A stretch of DNA of 64,000 bases, taken from NCBI GenBank assembly GCA_963820825.1, contig CAWGBN010000005.1, positions 64,001 to 128,000 of the forward strand, in the 5' to 3' direction. Positions 60,205 to 64,000 of this stretch are shown piece by piece. The stretch is from Vulcanimicrobiota bacterium (GTDB lineage Bacteria; Vulcanimicrobiota; Vulcanimicrobiia; Vulcanimicrobiales; Vulcanimicrobiaceae). The position numbers and the translations under genes are program-made. The first letter of the stretch is position 1. Every line of letters starts with the position of its first letter. A model generated the notes under the pieces. That model was not told the DNA's origin. It did no database searches and worked only from the letters and a program-made list of their open reading frames with translations.

Positions 60205-61278
60205 CTACGGGTGAGCCTCGTAGACGATGTTGAACGGCGTCTCGGCGGCCCGGCGAAAGTCTGAGAACCCGGCGTTGAGCACCACCTGACGCATCTGCGC
60301 CTCACCTGCCTGCGCTCCCAGCGCGAGACCGACGTCCTGCGCCAGCGCCGAGGGCGTACAGACCATCGTCGAAGCGGCATAGAAGATCCGCCCGACCGGC
60401 GTGAGGTTCTCTTCTAAGCGATCGCACGCGTAGGGTTCGACGATCATCAACGTGCCGTTGCTCTTGAGCGCCGTTCGAACGCGCGAGAGCACGCCGACCG
60501 GATCGCCCATGTCGTGCACGCAGTCGAAGCAGCAAATCAAGTCGAAGCCGCCCTGCGGCATCGCGCTTCCTGCAGCGATCTCGAATCGCACGCGATCCTC
60601 TACCCCCGCCCGGCGGGCGGCCTCACGCGCGGCTGCAATCGAGGCTTCGTGATAGTCGTAACCGACAAACGTCGACATCGGGAACGCCTTGGCCATCAAG
60701 ATCGTCGAGCTGCCGTAGCCGCAGCCGACGTCGGCCACCGACGCGCCGGTTCGCAGTTTGGCCTCGACCCCGGCCAAAGCGGGGAGCCAGTCGCGTACCA
60801 GATGCGCCGCATATCCGTTGCGAAAGATCCGGTCGGTCGTCCCATAGAGACGCGGATCGTGCTCGTGCCAGCCGACGCCCCGTCCCGTCTTGAACGCCTC
60901 GGTGATCTTCGGCTCGTCGGCGAAGAGCGGCGTCGCCATCCCGAACAACCCGCACATATTGACCTCGCTTTGATCGTCGGCCAGCAACGGAGCGTGCTCG
61001 GCAGGCAGTTCGAAGCGCGACGTCGCCGGGTCGTAGGATAGATAGCCGGCAGCGGCCTGATTCGAAAGCCACTCACGAACGTAGCGTTCGTTCGTGCCGG
61101 TGCGCTCCGCAAGTTCCTGCGACCTCTGCGGACCGCCCGCGGCAAGCGCCTTATAGAACCCGCGTTTGTCTCCGGTAAGAACCGAGGCGGCCGTCAGTAC
61201 GGCTCCGACGTCACCCAAGAAACGGCCGATGGCCGCCTCCAGCTTCGCCGCGTCGATGGGCAGGGCAGTGCTCGTCAA
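60205..61278 (-). CDS. Class I SAM methyltransferase with N-terminal winged helix (Rv2258c-like)
   Basis: [33 protein letters not shown] and ALGAQAGE motifs. Confidence 0.9.
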   Translation of the reverse strand: MTSTALPIDAAKLEAAIGRFLGDVGAVLTAASVLTGDKRGFYKALAAGGPQRSQELAERTGTNERYVREWLSNQAAAGYLSYDPATSRFELPAEHAPLLADDQSEVNMCGLFGMATPLFADEPKITEAFKTGRGVGWHEHDPRLYGTTDRIFRNGYAAHLVRDWLPALAGVEAKLRTGASVADVGCGYGSSTILMAKAFPMSTFVGYDYHEASIAAAREAARRAGVEDRVRFEIAAGSAMPQGGFDLICCFDCVHDMGDPVGVLSRVRTALKSNGTLMIVEPYACDRLEENLTPVGRIFYAASTMVCTPSALAQDVGLALGAQAGEAQMRQVVLNAGFSDFRRAAETPFNIVYEAHP

Positions 61279-61337
61279 GGTATCGTCCTCCAGTGAAGAA
61301 AAGTCATTTCTCGCACCATAGCAACGCGCGGCGGGTC

Positions 61338-64000
61338 GTGCATCGGGAGGTGTACGGAGGAACGACGGACCGATTTCGGAGCCCGCTCGTCGGCCGAGAG
61401 TCCGAACTCAACGACCTCCAGCGCAGTTACCAGCGAGCCCGCGACGACGGTGCCGGGGCGCTGGTCTTGCTCTGGGGGGAGGCGGGCGTGGGAAAGACCC
61501 GGCTCCTCGAAGAGTCTACCGTATTCGCGCGTTCCGCCGGGGCGCGCGTGGGCGGGGCGAGTTGTTTTGAATCGCTCTGCCCCCCGTTCGCTCCGATACG
61601 CGAGGTCTTCGCAGAACTCGCTCTGCCCGATCCGTTTGGCCTCGAGTCCTTTGCATCCGTTGCTCAGCCGACGCAGAGCGCGCGTTACCGCGCCTTCTCC
61701 GATGCCGCCGACGCTCTCACGACCGTTGCGACGCCGCTGGTCATCGCGCTCGACGATCTGCAATGGGCCGACTTTGCCAGCCTCGAGTTCCTCGGCTTTC
61801 TGATCCCGCGGCTCGCGCGCGCGCGAATGCTCGTGCTCGGTGCCATCCGCTCCGATCATCTGGAACGCGACCACGGGCGTCTGGAGGTCTTTGCGGATTT
61901 GAAGCGCCGCGGCGCGCTAACGCTTCGCGTCGATCCCCTCGGTTCCAGCGCGATTCGTACGATCGTTACGGAAGGTTGGCCTCGGGGCCGCGCGTTTGAC
62001 GAAGGCACCCTCGAGCGCGTCTGCGCCTTGGCCGAAGGCAAGCCGTACTTTGCCGAGGAGCTCGTCGATGCGCTCACGGCGCAGAACGAGACGGCCTCGG
62101 GATTCGCGCCGCTGAGCATTCGCGCGGGAATCCTCGCCCGGTTCGAACGCCTCACGGCAGAAGCGCGGCGAATCTTGCTCTACTCCTCCGTAATCGGACG
62201 CAACTTCGACACGTCGCTCCTCGAAGCGGTGAGCGGCTCGACGAACGCCGCGGTCCGCGAGGCACTCGCTACCGCTCGCGAGCTTCAACTCGTGCGCGAG
62301 GCGCGCGATCACGTCGGCCGTTTCGCATTCCGCCATGCGATCACGCGCGAAATCCTCTACCACGAGTTGCTCGCGGTGCAGGCGTGCGCGATTCATCGCG
62401 ACGTTGCCGAACGGCTCGCGACGACGTCCGGCGCCGATCCCTCCGATCTCGCCTATCACTGGAACGCCGCCGGCGATAGCAAGCGCGCGAGCGACGCCTA
62501 CGAGCGGGCGGGCGACGCGGGGCTCTACCGAAATGCGCACCGGGACGCCGAAGTCGCGTATCGCGGCGCCGTAGAGACGCGCAACGCGGCGGATTCTACC
62601 TACGCGCCGTTGTGCGAAAAGTTCTCCCGGGCGCTTTCGGCCAACGCACAGATCGAGGAGGCCTGCGATTTTGCCGAGCGAGCCGTTAACGCCTACGACG
62701 CAAACGGCGAGACCGAGCGGGCCGCAGCGCTGGCGATTCGACTCGCGCGCCGCACCTACGAGACGGGCAGGCCGCAATCCGCCACGACGATCGCCCAACG
62801 CGCCCTGCGGCTGAGCGGCGGAAGCGGACCGATCGCGTACGACGCATACGTCACGCTGGCGCATTTCGAAGCTCTGCAATCGCGCAACGACGCGGCCGTA
62901 ACGTACCTCGCATCGGCGGAATCGGTCCCGGGCGAGCACTCGGCCGTCGACCGCCGGAACTCGTTCATGGTACGCGCGCTCGTCGCGGCGACCTCCGGAC
63001 GTTTGATGGAAGCCTTCGAACACTACGAAGCCGCGGCGTCGATCGCGCGGAGTCTGCACGATCGCGAGCAACTTGCATGGACGCTGAACAACTATGCGAG
63101 CCGGGCGATGGCTACCGGCTGGATGGAGCGCGCGCGCCGCGCGCACGACGAAGCGGCGCTCTGCGTCAGCGGTGAGGAGTTTGCCAAGGTACGGGCTTCG
63201 ACGATTCAAGGAATTGCATTCTCCGAGCTGCTCGCAGGCGATCTCGCTGGGGTCCAGGCCCGGCAACGCGAGGAAGCGCAGCTGCCGCCGGGCATCGCAA
63301 TGACCCGGAGCGCCAGAGTCGCGCTCGGCATACGGCTCGCGTATTACGCCGGCGACGACGCAGGTGCCGGCGCGCTTGCAACCACCGAGGTGCTCGCGGA
63401 TGCGTTCGATTCGGGTGAGACGCAGCGAATCGGATTGCTCGCGGGCCGCGCGGCGGCGTCTTACGATGCGGCCGGACGGCGCGACGAGGCCAAGGCGCTG
63501 CGCTCCCGGGCGCTGGCGACGCTTCGCACGGTGGACTTCTCGTTCTGGTTGCTCGATCAACTCGTCGCGAGTGACGTACCGGGAGAGCGCGAGCGGGCCC
63601 GAGAGCTGCTCGCCGAAGCGGCGGCCGATTCGGGAAACGTTGCCGCTCGCGCGTATCTAACGCTCTTCGATGCGCGGATCGCGAGAGCACGGCGAAGCCC
63701 GGAGGCAAAATCGCTCGCGAACGATGCGGCCGAGAAGTTCGAGCGAATAGGATGGCCCTGGGAGCACGCGCAGGCGCTCGAAGTGGCGGATCGCAACGCC
63801 GAGGCGCTGGAGATCTATCGCCGCACCGGTTTTCTTCGCCAGGCTCGGGCATTGGAGCAGCGGCGGCGGCGTGCGCGCCATCGGGCGGGAAAGCACCAGC
63901 TCACGCCGCGGGAGCTCGAAGTAGCGCATCTTGCGGCGGAGGGTAAGAGCAACCGCGCCATCGCCGAAGCGCTATTCATCGGCGAGCGAACGGTCGAGAC
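61338..64000 (+). CDS. Large ATP-binding LuxR-family regulator (AAA ATPase + TPR + HTH), runs off the window
   Basis: Same frame carries GEAGVGKT (Walker A), LDDLQWAD (Walker B), GKPYFAEEL, FRHAITRE and LTPRELEVAHLAAEGKSNRAIA. Absent from the ORF track because no stop lies in the window. Confidence 0.9.
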   Translation, partial: MHREVYGGTTDRFRSPLVGRESELNDLQRSYQRARDDGAGALVLLWGEAGVGKTRLLEESTVFARSAGARVGGASCFESLCPPFAPIREVFAELALPDPFGLESFASVAQPTQSARYRAFSDAADALTTVATPLVIALDDLQWADFASLEFLGFLIPRLARARMLVLGAIRSDHLERDHGRLEVFADLKRRGALTLRVDPLGSSAIRTIVTEGWPRGRAFDEGTLERVCALAEGKPYFAEELVDALTAQNETASGFAPLSIRAGILARFERLTAEARRILLYSSVIGRNFDTSLLEAVSGSTNAAVREALATARELQLVREARDHVGRFAFRHAITREILYHELLAVQACAIHRDVAERLATTSGADPSDLAYHWNAAGDSKRASDAYERAGDAGLYRNAHRDAEVAYRGAVETRNAADSTYAPLCEKFSRALSANAQIEEACDFAERAVNAYDANGETERAAALAIRLARRTYETGRPQSATTIAQRALRLSGGSGPIAYDAYVTLAHFEALQSRNDAAVTYLASAESVPGEHSAVDRRNSFMVRALVAATSGRLMEAFEHYEAAASIARSLHDREQLAWTLNNYASRAMATGWMERARRAHDEAALCVSGEEFAKVRASTIQGIAFSELLAGDLAGVQARQREEAQLPPGIAMTRSARVALGIRLAYYAGDDAGAGALATTEVLADAFDSGETQRIGLLAGRAAASYDAAGRRDEAKALRSRALATLRTVDFSFWLLDQLVASDVPGERERARELLAEAAADSGNVAARAYLTLFDARIARARRSPEAKSLANDAAEKFERIGWPWEHAQALEVADRNAEALEIYRRTGFLRQARALEQRRRRARHRAGKHQLTPRELEVAHLAAEGKSNRAIAEALFIGERTVE

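Overview
High-GC (CG-rich) bacterial chromosome segment made mostly of housekeeping genes. Gene style and gene order suggest a Terrabacteria lineage such as Eremiobacterota/Vulcanimicrobiota, which is an inference a 16S search would settle. In order, it holds tandem GT87-like glycosyltransferases; a minus-strand run dnaE, hisD-like, HAD hydrolase, ftsQ, then ftsA-ftsZ-thyX; pckA and PPi-PFK; a complete minus-strand 16S-23S-5S rRNA operon without tRNAs; an indel-riddled P5C dehydrogenase; trpC; a LuxC/aminotransferase/oxidoreductase trio; cinA, split nadE and glpX; a GT-C/GtrA cluster; amj, proS; the rpsB-tsf-pyrH-frr-uppS-cdsA-dxr-rseP-ispG cluster; and a partial AAA-LuxR regulator. Highlights: (1) an 811-nt group I intron in 23S rRNA after the position equivalent to E. 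coli U2473 (helix 89), carrying a frameshifted double-motif LAGLIDADG endonuclease; (2) a 176-nt H54a-like stem-loop insertion in the same 23S; (3) tandem NrdR boxes plus DnaA-like boxes over the ftsA-ftsZ-thyX promoter, where ThyX is circularly permuted; (4) a HisD homologue lacking its zinc and catalytic residues; (5) a probable AUU start for pckA. Several single-base indels may be assembly errors.
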